NCBI GenBank assembly: GCA_030248215.1
Contig: JASANG010001013.1
Span: 248,001 to 312,000 of the forward strand
From: Enoplolaimus lenunculus
Lineage: Eukaryota
Length of the DNA stretch: 64,000 bases
Direction: 5' to 3'
Positions within the stretch are counted from its first letter, which is position 1, and every line of letters starts with the position of its first letter. A model generated the notes under the pieces. The model did not search any database. It worked only from the letters and a program-made list of their open reading frames with translations, and was not told where the DNA came from. Both the position numbers and the translations under genes were made by a program. Positions 28,113-47,633 of the stretch are shown one piece after another.

Positions 28113-30139
28113 TCAATGACTCTGAACGACAATATTGAACCGAATCGCAGGGGCAGCGGGTGTAATTTCTGTAGAAATTTGAACCATAATTCCTAAATTA
28201 GCGAGCGCACCACGAATAAGGCCTGCAGTGAACGAAATGTACCGATGCGCAATATCGTTTGGCAATGAATTATTTGCAGCCGACAGGCAAGACAGGGGTC
28301 GAAAATCATTGTCTTGAACAACGTAAGTGCCCTAAGTAAAAACAAAAATCATTTATTATTTGGTATTCAGATTCGAATAAATAATAATCGCCACTTTTCA
28401 TGAAAAGCGGCATCGGTAAAATTTCAGAATTATAATTAAGAACTGGCATTGGCAAGATAGCGGCAAAAAATTTGGTATTGCCACATCACAAATTTAAGCA
28501 AATTAAAGCTGACAAAATAAAACAGATATCACTACTTGTGATCAAACTCCAACAATAAGTGATCTCTTACGAAACTTATTGTAGCAACATTGTACCAGAA
28601 GCGGTATTTTAGGCGTTTGTATTATTTCATTCAGCTTATAACGTCAGAACGTAAAACAAAAACCAGTATACTGGCCAATGTAAGATCAGGGACGGAACGT
28701 TTTCCAACAGGCCTACAACAGAGTAAGCTTAAAGTTTGAGACAAATTTTTTGCTTAGGCTTAGGCATAGGTTTAGGCCCACGTATAAGCTAGTCTCAACT
28801 GTGTGCAACTCCAATTGCCAACGTTAACGTTTGACCTGACTTAATTTAATAATGGTACAGCTATTCAAAAATTTTCAATTTATCTCGCCTGTATAGCCTG
28901 TTTCAAGTTACAAATTATTGGTGTAGTAGCAAACTTGCTTAAAAATCTATCGGTAACTGGTGATAAACAAAGATACATTTGAGAATATGGGCGAACATTA
29001 AAAAGTGTAATTACATATGTTGCTAAACGTAGTGTTACTGCCAGCAACAGCGGAATGCGGATTTTCACATCAAATATATATTCCTTAAAAACAAATGGAA
29101 TCAATTCTCAACAAAGGTTCGTTTTAGACTTACTTGATGATTGGTTCGCAAATTATCGACTTGCTTTCTAAATATTCCAAGCCAAAAATCTTTACAAATA
29201 AACTTCATGCAATCCAGTTGGGTTGTAAAGCGAGGGAAATCTTTTGACACTCTAAAAAACAATGAAAATACAAAATTATTCAGCCAACAAGTCGTACAAG
29301 TCAGATATTCGAATAATAAACATGTACGTTTCAGAACCTGCGCGTAATTGCACAGTAACATTTATGAATTTAACTTTACGCAACCTACAGAGTTAGATGC
29401 ATCGTGGCCAGGACCAACGCTTGCTTTGGCGGGACCTAATCAGCGCCAAGTATTCATTGAAACATTTTCAATGATACGATTCATCTTAAAAAGTAGAATA
29501 AGAATCTGGTGTTTTGATCATGCAAAACTTTACTAAACTTTATCACCCTAATTTAGTATCACTTGCTATAGTATGTTATATTTTGTTTGTACAAGGATCT
29601 AAGTATTAACCATATATATAGTTGCACTATCCAACAGCGGTACCTATAAAAAGATGCTAACCTTTCTACCAATGCAAAACCAACTCGATATCCCATAAAG
29701 TTCAACTTCGTCGACGCGGATGGCTAAATAAAAAATCAAGCGAATCGTAGAAGTAGAAAGCTTTCATAAAAACAAAAAGCAATAACTATATAATGTTACT
29801 TATGCAACTTTATTTTCTCACAAATTTGCATTTAATTGACACTTAAAAACTTAACATTGTTCATACAAAAACCTTCAAAATATTAACATTGCTTGAAAGT
29901 TTGTTCCTTGCACGTGTTATAATTGCTGTCAGTGCATCAGATTCAGCTGTCCGTCTAGAAATAATAAAAACGTAACACCGCGTCACCTTAAAAACCGGCG
30001 TCAGAAATAAATCTGACTGTTCAGATCCGCTTGACGATTCTTTCGTCATGGCTTCCGATTCCAACTCGTATAACGCTGACACAATTTCAGCATGAAGAAA
30101 CTCGAACGGAAATTCAGCTCCACCCCGCAGAAGATCCAT
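28113..30139 (-). CDS. TRAPPC6: TRAPP complex subunit 6 (Trs33 / TRAPPC6)
   Basis: Exons 30139-29987, 29723-29662, 29251-29134, 28331-28113; FEFLHAEIV, MGYRVG..LVER, MKFICKDFW..FRKQVDNLRTNHQGTYVVQDNDF, GLIRGALANLG. Confidence 0.93.
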
Positions 30140-30757
30140 GCCAGTAGAAAAAGAACAAAATTCACGATATCAACGAAAACTCTAAATAAATCGCCACACA
30201 AGAATAATTCAACATATATCGTTATTATTAGACCTAAACTATATCGTTTTACCAAAACGGAAAATAACAAATATGTTACTACTAGCTAAACAATTTCAGT
30301 ATATAGTATATCCCTTACCAACGAAATATAGTTGTAAATTGAGCTCATTTGAAGACAACTCATCTTAAATTTTTAACAAAACTATTATGACGATACAACA
30401 GAAATTATTTACCATAATTTCTAAATTTACTGTATAATAAATATCGTCATATTTCTGAAATCTGTAAAATACTTTTGCGTTTTTGCTTTACCAGATAGAG
30501 TAGTTAATTCATATTCTGAGAGTAATCTCAATCTGGTAAGCAGTATGAAGAGTAGATATAAATACTTTAATAACTTATCTTTATGAGTGTCTTAATTCAA
30601 TACGCTTAAATACGTAGCTACAGGTTTTTTGAACAGCGGAAATCCTATGCATATACATTGTTTGCGTGGACATTGATAACAAACATGGAATAATAGTAGG
30701 TGTTAACAGTTATTTATTTGCATATCGCCGTTATAGATTGGTAGCATATAAATACAA

Positions 30758-36700
<5,943 letters not shown>

Positions 36701-37264
36701 TAGGCGAATTTTCGTAATCAAAAATTATTTCTGTATTACTCTAATGTTGCACAACCATGGACAGAGTTAAGTGCACTGTAATCGCGGTTGCATGTGCGAT
36801 CGGTTACTTGCCACCACATACAAAATAAATCGTCTTGTATTCAAGAAATATTGTCTGCAATTTAAGACAATTATGTCGGAATACAGACTCCAGACATTTA
36901 TGTCTTGAATTCCAGACTTTTTCAGAAATATGTTTGAAAATTTTCACGCCAATTTAAGACTTTGTTGTGCCAACGATTAAGACAAACGTTTCTGAAACAT
37001 AAGAAATATATGTCAGAAACATAAGACATGTCTGAAACACAAGACAAAGATTTACCAGAAAAGCCGACTCAAAGTGGGGGCTAAAGCTCAATCCAATATT
37101 TTAATTTTACAACCTAAGATACGTCCAAGACGTAAACTTTGGCTGGGGGAGCCTTAGCTCAATCCGAAACATCTTTGAAATTCGATTATTTATGTAGTTT
37201 TAAGAATATAAACGGAGCAACTTTTTGACATACATTAAAATCAGAACTTAATTCTTGTGTGCAA

Positions 37265-37460
37265 ACACGATCGCAGTCGCGTCTAAAGACACGACCACAG
37301 CCATGTCTAAAGACGCGATCGCATCTGCGTCTCAAAGCGCTGCCATAACCGCGTTTGCAAACAATGGAAAATTTTAATACTAGCGAGATTGCGGTCGCAG
37401 TACGTTCAGGAAGCGATCGATCGCGCTAAAGCCGCGTTTTGGAACGTGACCGCAACGGCT
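37265..37460. repeat. Degenerate ~24-bp repeats (CGCGATCGCAGTCGCGTCT) next to an AAGACA-periodic tract (36840-37050)
   Basis: Visible periodicity between RNF113A and GNPDA. Confidence 0.6.
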
Positions 37461-37967
37461 CAGGAAATATTTTGTTCTGTAGAAGTAAAATTTTGTGAAA
37501 GACCCTATTGATACAAAATTAGCATTGTTTGGTGGAATACCTTATGTCATTTTATGTGAAGTAAAGAAATTAGCAATTGCTGGTGTGTGTAATTAGACTG
37601 GTTGTATGAGCGCTATATACAGGTATTGGAATCGTGCTAGTACTATGCAATCCCTTTACATCCTTCAGTTGGACCGACGATTGCCATATCTTGGAACAAT
37701 TTAAGTCACGTCGTTAACACGTAATTTGCTAGTAATTTAGGGTTGATATAAAACAGATTCTGACATAAAATTTTTTGGCGTTATGTTTGTTTTACACAAA
37801 ATCCACTGAAATAACCAGATTAATGTTTCTGCCGGCTCGAGCGTTTGGTTTTCTGCTCGACCAGAAGGTAGACTCGTGCTTTGAAGGACGAGTACCATTC
37901 ATTCAATATATACCGACAGTTTGTCTAGTTTTACTCGTGAACAGTTTATGCTAACGTATATGTAAGC

Positions 37968-40902
37968 ATGCGGCTAATAATTCAACATACGTATAATGAC
38001 GCGTCGCTATGGGCTGCAAAATTTGTGAAACGCCGAATATTGCAATTTAATCCTGGACCAGATAGATTGTTTACTCTAGGATTGCCTACAGGTAAGTCCA
38101 TGGTGTTTTTAATGATCGGGGGATCTAATAATTGTAAAATGAGATGATAACGATGTTCTGGAGATACGAAAAATGCAGTTTACATGATTTAAAATAACTT
38201 GGGAGATCTTAAAAGTAAAAAGTTCTCGTTCGCTAAGCTGTGTATATTCGCGAACAACTTATATATTTGAAGATATACCATTATTGCGGACGCTGCTGGA
38301 TGGTGGAAGATAAGCAAGTGTAGTGATAAGATTTTGGTGTGGCTATTGAAGGATCGAGAAGAGTTTGGATGAACGATTGTTTGTACTGTTTCAATGAATT
38401 TTCTTCCGTAATGAGTATTTTATAAATTTATTTAAATCTAAGCGCCGGAAGATTTTCATTTTCAGGAAGTACACCGTTGGGAATGTACAAAGCGTTAATT
38501 AAATTCCATGAACAAGGCGAGTTGTCGTTCAAATATGTAGCGACGTTTAATATGGACGAATATGTTGGTAAGTCGTTTGTCTTTTAAATTGAAACTTTTT
38601 TGTGTTACAATGGCTGGGTTTCTGAAATCTTACTTATTTACGTAAGTTATACTTAAGTAATTACTTAAGTCGCCGACTTAAGTAAATACTTAAAATTACT
38701 ATCAAAAACAAACAAACGCCAAATCCGAGCCATTGACAAAACAAGAAAGTAATAGGTTTGCTTTATATTAAGGAGGCACAGTGAGCCTACAGTTTCAATT
38801 AGACCAAAATATAAGTATCCGGAACCGTTAAGCTGTAATATATTAAATTTAGTCTATGACTTCAAGGATTTACTAGAGTACGCTTTTGATAACGACAAAA
38901 CGGTTAAGGAATTGCTTTGCACCTGCGTACTTAATTACTAAGTCGTGTGTATTTATGATTTGAAGAATTCAAATATTGGTAAACTTTGTTTTACGTTCGC
39001 TCTATTTATCTAAGGATTGAATTTAGGGTTGCGTTTTGTTCATGACTGTGTCAAATTTTAGTATTAAGCTTATGTTAACGTCGGCTCAGATTTGTTCTGC
39101 TTTAGTGATTTTTGGAAATCAACTTTAAACATATATTATTGTGTATATATTTTCGTTGAGCAGTTTTTTTTATGTTTTAGGAATACCACGAGATCATCCA
39201 GAAAGTTATCATTCGTATATGCTTGAAAATTTTTTTCGTCACATTGATATTGATCCAAAAAATGTTCACATTCTCGACGGAAACGCCTCGGATTTAGTGG
39301 CAGAGTGCAATAAATTTGAACAACAAATCACTAATGCTGGTGGGATTCAATTGTTTGTTGGAGGTACGACGAATTGTTGAGGTCGCAGGAGATGGTGGCC
39401 GTACCCTCGCGTTCATGGCAACTAAGTTCCGCAATTAGCTTGCCAACATAAACGTAACTCAATAATAATTTAGGGGTTTTTGCGTTATCTCACTTCTTCA
39501 ACCGGTCATTGTCCAAAACTGGTTGGATTTTGAAACTTTTTGAGTATTTTAGATTTCTTATGACATTGACAGTGTTGAGCTGAGCGTTTTGTACACTAAA
39601 ATAGATGGTATGTTGCAACTTTTGAGTAATATTTGAAATATTCTTATGACATGAAATCTTAAAGTTATTGTTTCACACCAAAAATTTGAATATCAGAACT
39701 TTATTCGACATGTAATATTTTTCAGACACTAAAATAGATGGTATGTTGAAAAGTTTTGAAATATTCTTATGACATGAAATCTTAAATTTATTGTTTTGCA
39801 CCAAAAATTTGAATATCAGAACTTTATTCGACATGTAATATTTTTCAGACACTAAAATAGATGGCATGTTGAAAACTTTTGAAATATTCTTATGACATGA
39901 AATCTTAAATTTATTGTTTCACACCAAAAATTTGAATATCAGAACTTTATTCGACATGTAATATTTTTCAGGGATTGGACCAGATGGCCACATTGCATTC
40001 AATGAGCCAGGCTCAAGTCTCGTTTCTAGAACTCGTGTGAAAACACTTGCTGCAGAAACAATATCGGCAAATGCTCGATTTTTTGGAAGCGACATGTCTA
40101 AGGTGCCGACGCAAGCGTTAACGGTTGGAGTTGGAACTGTGATGGATGCCAAAGAGGTACAGTATAGTGGTTTTAATAAGTATAAGTGCTATTGTGCAGT
40201 CAACGTTGCCTGCAACTGATTAGGTGAGCAGCGTTGCTGAGTGGCTAACACGTCAGACTGTTAATCTTTGATGCTTAATGTCCCTGGTCCGATACCATTT
40301 CTACTGTTTCAGACTGAGTTGTACTGCAATTTCTACTGCGACCTGAATTTCTGCTAAAATTTGATTCTTTTTCAACTTTGTAAAATGCGACAACCGGCGT
40401 TTTATCAGTTTTGTGGCAATTTATGTGCTCCAATTTAAAAGTTAATAAGCTGCTACATGTTCGTCGATGGCGTTTTACGAATACTAATTTTTGTTTCGGG
40501 TGAAAAATAAGTGCTGGTAAAATTGTATGTGATTTGGCGTGTGGCGCCGGACGATGTGGTGAGCAATTTTGTCAAATAAAAAGCTGGACAGGCGGCGTCT
40601 GACAGCGCCACACAACACAGGTATACCGCCATCATACGTGTTCCGGCAAAAATTAATTTTTACCAAAATTATTTTGGTTTCAGGTAATGATTCTTATCAC
40701 TGGGTGTCATAAAGCGTTTGCGTTACACAAAGCGATTGAAGAAGGCGTAAGTCATATGTGGACCGTTTCTGCGTTTCAAATGCATCCTGCAACGCTGTTT
40801 GTTTGCGATGAAGACGCCACACTTGAGCTTCGTGTAAAAACCGTTAAATATTTCAAAGGCCTCATGGAAGAACATCAGAAATTGATTGCTGATTTGCCGT
40901 AG
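37968..40902 (+). CDS. GNPDA: Glucosamine-6-phosphate deaminase/isomerase, 270 aa
   Basis: Exons 37968-38091, 38466-38567, 39181-39363, 39972-40156, 40684-40902; [58 protein letters not shown]. Confidence 0.96.
39593..39971 (+). repeat. Three tandem ~123-bp copies of the intron 3' end of GNPDA
   Basis: Units end in GTAATATTTTTCAG at 39725, 39848 and 39971. Confidence 0.92.
40228..40307 (+). pseudogene. Degenerate tRNA-Asn-like sequence in GNPDA intron 4
   Basis: TTGCTGAGTGG A-box-like, AGACTGTTAATCT anticodon arm (GTT), GGTCCGATACC B-box-like. Confidence 0.45.
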
Positions 40903-43358
40903 TTAGTGAACATTTTTCAGCTGAAATTTTTATTATTTAATTTGTTTAATTTGTGAGGTTAATATGGACGTGTAAGACATGTTGTTTTTTGTATAAATTT
41001 TGGAAATGAGCAAAAATTCAGCATTATAACTTAGTCAAAAATTGTTGTTTTTATTTAAAAATAGTGTTTTTGCACGTTTTAGTTTCGAAATATTATGTGA
41101 ATAAAAGTGTGAGAAAGCTCGTTTTAAAAGCTGCAATTTTGTGAAAAACAATAAGAAAATTTAGTAATTCTATAATTTTTGCTCAAATGGCGGTTGTAAG
41201 CATTTATTTGGTATTGTACGCGACAGAAATTAGCTTGTGCTGTTTGTTTTGCCATCACAGATGTGACACTATGCTTGAGGTTACAATAAATAATTTAACT
41301 TACCCGGATCGTGCTTACCCGCGGGTCGATTGCAGCTGTGTTTCGAACACTATTGAATATACAAGGTTGACATTTTAGGGCACATTTTGCGCAATTGGTC
41401 ATTTTTGGTGGTCAACAGAATTTCACAGTCGTAACTGCCCTAATGAAGCTTACCGAAAACATACGACGTATTACTAATAATTGCGGAAAGTGTTAGAAAC
41501 ATTGTTTCTGTGCGTTGGGGCTAAAACCGTTCTAGTTCAACTTTTGTTTATTTTTTATTTTATTTTCAGTTTATGTTAATAATAATAATAATGTGCAATT
41601 TGAGCTTTTAAATCATTCGTATGTATACGTTTTTGGGGCCCATGTATAGAACAGGGCCGGAACGTTTTCCGGTGGGACTGTAATAGACGATGTTTAAGCT
41701 TTAGACTAATTTTTTGCTTAGGATTAGACTTAGGCTTAGGTATAGGCTTATTCTTACGCTTAGGATGAGGCTTAGCCTTGGTTAGGCTTAGGAATATGCT
41801 TAGGCTGAGTTAGGCTTACGAATATGCTTATACTACTGTTCCGGCGCTGTTCTATAGATTGGCCCGTTTTTGTACAATCTGTTCCAATATCTTTATAATA
41901 AAATAAAAATATACGGAAAATTAACGAACTTAAGACTTGGAATTGTTGTAGAAAAGATTCACGTAAGCACTTTGTCGTTATTGTCGAAAGCATAGCGTTT
42001 GAATAAGCAAAAATATTGTTGAATATTATCTTTTTGTTTTATTTTGGAACAAGTAAAATTTCTTGTTTAGTGTAGCTTTATTGTTTGCGGCCAGTGTATG
42101 GAACATCGCCGTAGCAGTAGTATAAACATAAGCGTAAGCATAAGGATAACCCTATACTAAGCCTATGGCTAAGCCTCTCGTCATGTATAACGCAACCTTA
42201 TCGTGTTGTGTGCAGTAAGTATGTAAAGGGCCAATGTAAACTTTTAGGGCCGTAACAGTAGATTAAGCGTATTCCTAAACCTATTAGCGTTGCAAAGGCG
42301 AATTCCTAAAGTGTAAGCCTAAGCAAAAAATGTAGTCTAGAATGTAAGCCTACTCTTTTACAGAACCACCAGTAGCCGGGACGGCCCTAAAAGCAACATG
42401 GGCCCAGTTATATATCGCAGTATAACAAAATCACGGGCAAACACGCAATATTTATTCGAAAATATCAAACTGCAATTTAGTGTATAATTAAGAAAAACTG
42501 ATGCAAAAATGCTGGAAAAAGATAGTGATCGAAATACGGAAAGTAGGGTCCATGTATGAATGAGGACACGACTGTTTTTCGAAGGTTACTCTCAAGCTTT
42601 AGACTAATTGTTGTACGCTTAGGAATATGTTTATTTGAGAAACTGAGAACTTTGGCTTAGGAATATGCGTGACGTCTCCTTTCTTTGCATTAGCTGAAAG
42701 AGAACTATTATTCTGACGGAGAGTCTAAAACGGATCGAAAAATTCCTAACTCAAAAACGAGTTTTCGGTATTAACATTCTAAACTTTCGAATTTATGGTA
42801 TAAGATTTTTAATATTATCGTTTATATATCTAGTTTTTTATTCGGTTTCACTGCTTCTGTCTGAATTTTGGCACATACGGCGCTGGTTTCTGTTTCGGTG
42901 CATCATTGGTATCTGAAAATATAATTTTAATATATTAATTTAGGAATCATGTCAAAAATAAAACGCCATTTTAAACACGTCATAAAATTTAATCATGACA
43001 TCATCCGTTTTCGGTTTCTGTTATTTTTATCAGTATCTGTTTTGGTTACTTTAACTATCTGTTTGCATCCTGACCCTGGTATTTGTATTTTGCATGTATA
43101 TTAGTTTGCGCTTAGTTGCTTATAGCATACTCGGCCCAAGTATACAACAGGGCCGGAACAGTAGTATAAGCATATACGTAAACCTAAGCCTAAGCCTAAG
43201 CGTATGGATGAGCCTATCCCTAAGCCTAAGCCTAATCGTATGGATGATCGTATTCCTATGCCTAAGCAAAAACATTAGTCTAAAGTTTAAACTGACTGTA
43301 TTATAGCCCCTCCGGAATACGATCCGACCCTGTTATGCGGAAACTTGTTGAAAACCGA

Positions 43359-46300
43359 TCAGCGAACTTTAATAGGCAGTTGCGGTAACAAAGTCATACC
43401 GTTAGCTGGTCTTGAACGAAAGCCAGGTACCGCTGGTTGTTGTTGTTGTTGTTGTTGTTGTTGCATAAACGCTGGCTTTGGTGGGTGTTGTTGCATATAT
43501 GCCGGTCTTTGTGGCGGTTGTTGTTGCATAAACGTTGGTTTTGCTGGTGGTTCTTGCGGTAGTTGCTGCTGCGTTTGCTGTTGACTTAAACTCGCCGACT
43601 TTTGATCAGTACGTTCGGCTTCGCCTTTGATGTCATACGTCATTGCGGATGAACGTTGCGAATCGATGATTGCAACTTTCGGACGTGTTGCTGTTGGTTG
43701 ATTTTCGCCATTACTTTCCTCTTCCTCTTCTTCTTCTTCCGCTTTCTTTGATGTTTTGTCGACGATTTCAAGCGTCTTTGATGTTGCCGATTTTTCGGTT
43801 TCAAGCGGTTCGCTTTGATCTTTTTCCTCTGTTGCTGAGCTGGCTGCGCGGCTAGTAGATGGAGTCAGTCCGGAACAGACTTGTTGACCTTTAAAATATC
43901 CGGTTACTACCATGGCACATGACGTTGTTTTGTACCCAGATTCACAAATTCCACCAATGATAGATGTCCCGTTTTGTATTCCCGGGACCAGAAGACTTCC
44001 GCCGCCTGATATTGAGGTTTTTCCTTCTGCGTCAGCGATATCAGGAGCGGTTTTTGAACTGGCAAAATGAATTTCTTCTATTTCGCTGCGTTTTGCTGAT
44101 AATTCGTCAAGTTTACCGTTTTCCAGCCGGGCAGTAACACCTTCTATAATAGGTTTGCCATGTTGTAGTCCGCATACCAAATAATTTTTGTTTGTAGATA
44201 TCATGTAGCATGGGACTGCTTTGCAGGTTTCGCTTATTCCACCAATCAGAGGTTGCCCTTCGTGTAATCCGTTGACCAGTTGATTTTCAGTTGTGAACGG
44301 TACTCGTGCCGCTCTTTTGGATTGGTCAGTTACTCCACCAATAAGCGGAATTCCATCTTGCAAACCACATACCAGTTGGTTCGATTGAAAACTGCCCTTC
44401 ACATGGCGTTCACTCACCTTTTCATTTGAGCCAGTTGCACATTTTTCGTGTGATTCGCTAATCATTCCTCCAATGAGAGGCTTTCCGTCTTGAACAGCGG
44501 ATACCAAACACTTTTGATTGGTTGTTGTAATTTGCGTTGGTTTTACCGTGTTTGAGCTGTAAGAAATACCTTTAATCAGAGGCTTTTTGTCTTGTATTCC
44601 ATCGACCAGGACGCTATCGTTAGTTGAAACTTCAACTGGTGCTTGACATGGCTCTACAGTGACTCCAGAGATTAGAGGCGCGCCATTTTGTATTCCTGAA
44701 ACCAGCCAATTTTGATTGGTTTTTGTCATTTGGCACACTTTAGGAGTTGCAGCCGAATATGTCTTCTTCACCCCTACAGTTGCGGATTTTCCTGATCCAG
44801 CCAGTCCTCCAATAAGCGGTTGTCCGGACTGAATTCCACCAATCAGAACAGGTTCGTTGGCCGAAGGCTGTTTCGCGACGCGTTTTGATTGGTCAATATG
44901 TTGAGTTTGTAACAGTAACCCTCCGATAATTGGCTTGCCACCGCTAACGCCATCTACAACGCAATTTGGATTAGACGGTACTATGCACGCCATGTTGGGG
45001 TTAGATTTCGATGGTTTTGTATGTTCTCCGGTCCATGGTTGAGCCTCGATTAGTTTTTGGCTGGATAAACGGACAGCCGTATGGCCGGTGTCTTCAGAAT
45101 CGTGGGCTGTATCAAGTTCCATTCCAGGTTCCGAACACTCCTCATGTTGTATGGGTTGATCAAGTGACGATGCTACCAGTTTTTCTTCGGGAACAATTTT
45201 GCTAAATATTTCTTTCGGGTCGGGGTCATTTATTTCGGCTCCGTTAAAATTGATGTCCGTGACTGTTATCGCTCCAGTATCAATGCCTGAAATGAAGAGT
45301 ATATTAATGCAGCTGTCACAATATCATACATACACCAGGTAACTTTTTTAGTCGCTACTTGAATGATATTAAAACTACTCATTCTATGTTTTGGCTATTA
45401 AAGTCAAAAAGCTTCTAAACGTATTAGCTATGACATCTTTTTAGATTCAGTTTGCCAGGTGTTGTTTGAAACACGACACGGAGTTTCTTACTGTATTGAC
45501 CCGAATAAGAGGGGGGTAATAAGAGGGGGTCCCCATTTTGAGTCCCAATCAAAAGGAGTCCGTATCCCTAATAAGAGTCCGTAAGCGGATAGAGTCCCTA
45601 AACCGTAGTTAGAGTCCATAAATGTCAATTATGCCTAATTGTAGCGCATAAATGACTCCAGGACCAAATAATTTGAGTTTGAAACTTTAAAGCGTACTTA
45701 AATTTTGAATATACATTTCTAAGTATAACCTTGTATTAACGCTCAGCTGTTGACACAAGACAAACAACGTTTAATTCAACGGATAGTTGCAATACCGGAT
45801 ATATCAGTAACGAAGGGTGGCGAAGGGCGGGATGAAAATAAATAACAGTCCGTAACCGAATAACCAGGGGGGTATCCTCAGGAGAGGTCAAATAAATATC
45901 AGTCCCCCTTCTTATTCGGGTCAATACAGTAATCGGTACAATTTTCCTGCAAAAGTAAAGTTTGGTATATAATAGCAAGAGAGAGTGCAAGTCTGTGGGT
46001 TCCACATGGTACATAATGTACCGCCGGGCGTTGCGTTTTTGGCCATCTGACCTTTATTAAGAGGGGGGTCGCTAAGACATGCAATACACTTAAATTAAAT
46101 TATGAGTGAAGCATTTTTGATGCCGGATACATACGCAGTGCCATGGTTCACACAGGTTGTAGCCCCCCTCTAAATAAGCGGCGTCGATCAAAAATGCAAC
46201 ACATGTCGGGTACATTTTGTACCATGCGGAACTCTAACTTGCATGCTCTTCTACACTCGCAATCGGATGCTCTATAGGATTATAATCACTTATGCTTAGG

Positions 46301-47633
46301 TTTAGACTTACGATTTGTATTTGGGACCTGTTTTGTACAAGGATCAATGTTGGTATACCTTTGACGGTCTGTTGTAACATTTCAAGCGTCTCTTGATGCT
46401 CTCCAGACCATGTTTGGGCTTCAAACCGGTGTATTGTTGATATTTCAGTGTGAACTGCCTGCGTAGGTTGTTTTGGTTCTGGTTTGCCTGAAATATGCGG
46501 TTGCAATTGTAGCCGTATTCTAAAACTTGTCTAGCACCTATCGATACGTTTTCAACTATCGCTCAGGTCCCTGGACAGTCAGTTGGCAGTTGCTATTTTT
46601 AGACATCCGAGCCGTGTTTTCGGTTTTGTCCGATTTTCCGGAAAAAAACCAACCCTGCAATCAAGACATACACAACTTAAAGAGATGTAAGTATATGTAC
46701 AATATACATTGTGGATAATGTGGTTCATTTTTTGCGGTACTTTAGTACCTAAATATTGCTTGCAAAAAAGTGAAATAGTCACTTACCGTCAACCGATTGT
46801 TGTTGTTCTTCATCAATCCTTTGGCGTTGCCGATTTTCCTCGCTTGTTTCCAGCCGCGGTTCGTGTTGGATGACAACCGCGTCGGCGCTTTTGAACGATT
46901 CATCATCGTTATCGACTTTGTGAGCCGAATCCACGTATTCTGTAGGCGTCTTTGATGTTGTTGCCGGTTCCGTTGATATTTGTTCTTCTTGTCGCTTTTC
47001 CGTATCGCATCGTTCTTCCGACTCCAATCGTCCATAGTGATCGGCGAATTCTTCGAACGTTGGTCGTGCAACTTCTGGTCGATATGGGGTTCGTTTTTCT
47101 GTTGGTGCTGTTGTTGATGATGCTTTTTCTCGGTTTTCCGAAGCAGAAATTGATTGAGATGGTGCAGCTGGTGTTGTTGTTGTTGCTGAGTAACGACTTG
47201 CCTAAACGTAATAAGACTATTGAAGACTTAGCTAGTTGACTTGGTCGCACTAGCTGTGCGTTACACCTATTGACAGTTAGCGAAAACCAATCAAATGTTA
47301 AAATTATGCCCAAATTTGGACATTTTCTGTACTGTAACATTTAACGGAAGATTCCAGTGTCACATCATGCAATATTCAAGCATTTAATTTGTATAGACAA
47401 AACCTTCTCGTTTGGTAAACACTAAGCAATAAACTACGACAAGTAGTAATTCCTGTCCTATTGCACTCGCGTTAATTTTGTAAATCATAAAATATTTGTA
47501 TAATCAAAATAATTTTACCAAATCCCCTTCAAAATATCATGGATCATCCGCTTACCGTCGCTGGCGTTCCAGCATCACTTCCTGTTTTTGGAGGTTCCGG
47601 TCCTTCGCTTCGTTTAGACATCCATCCACCCAT
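43359..47633 (-). CDS. Uncharacterised ~849-aa protein: N-myristoylation motif, ~10 copies of an LVxGxQxGxPLIGG repeat, acidic tract, Q/P-rich C-terminus
   Basis: Exons 47633-47556, 47201-46787, 46487-46359, 45286-43359 join in frame (2550 nt). The last exon contains the 587-aa ORF. Starts MGGWMSKR. Confidence 0.8.
45491..45929. mobile_element. TA-TSD MITE (family E)
   Basis: TA|CTGTATTGACCCGAATAAGAGGGGG ... CCCCTTCTTATTCGGGTCAATACAG|TA; highly similar, left-truncated copy ~25746-26169; end fragment ~56000-56025. Confidence 0.85.
45997..46234. mobile_element. Palindromic MITE (GGTTCCRCATGGTACA termini)
   Basis: Long imperfect inverted arms; related sequence at ~52730-53095, 57430-57540, 63570-63870. 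Confidence 0.65.

Noticed and set aside
43345..43584. Cys-rich, metallothionein-looking ORF
   Set aside because: Antisense shadow of the CAA/poly-Q tail of the minus-strand gene.
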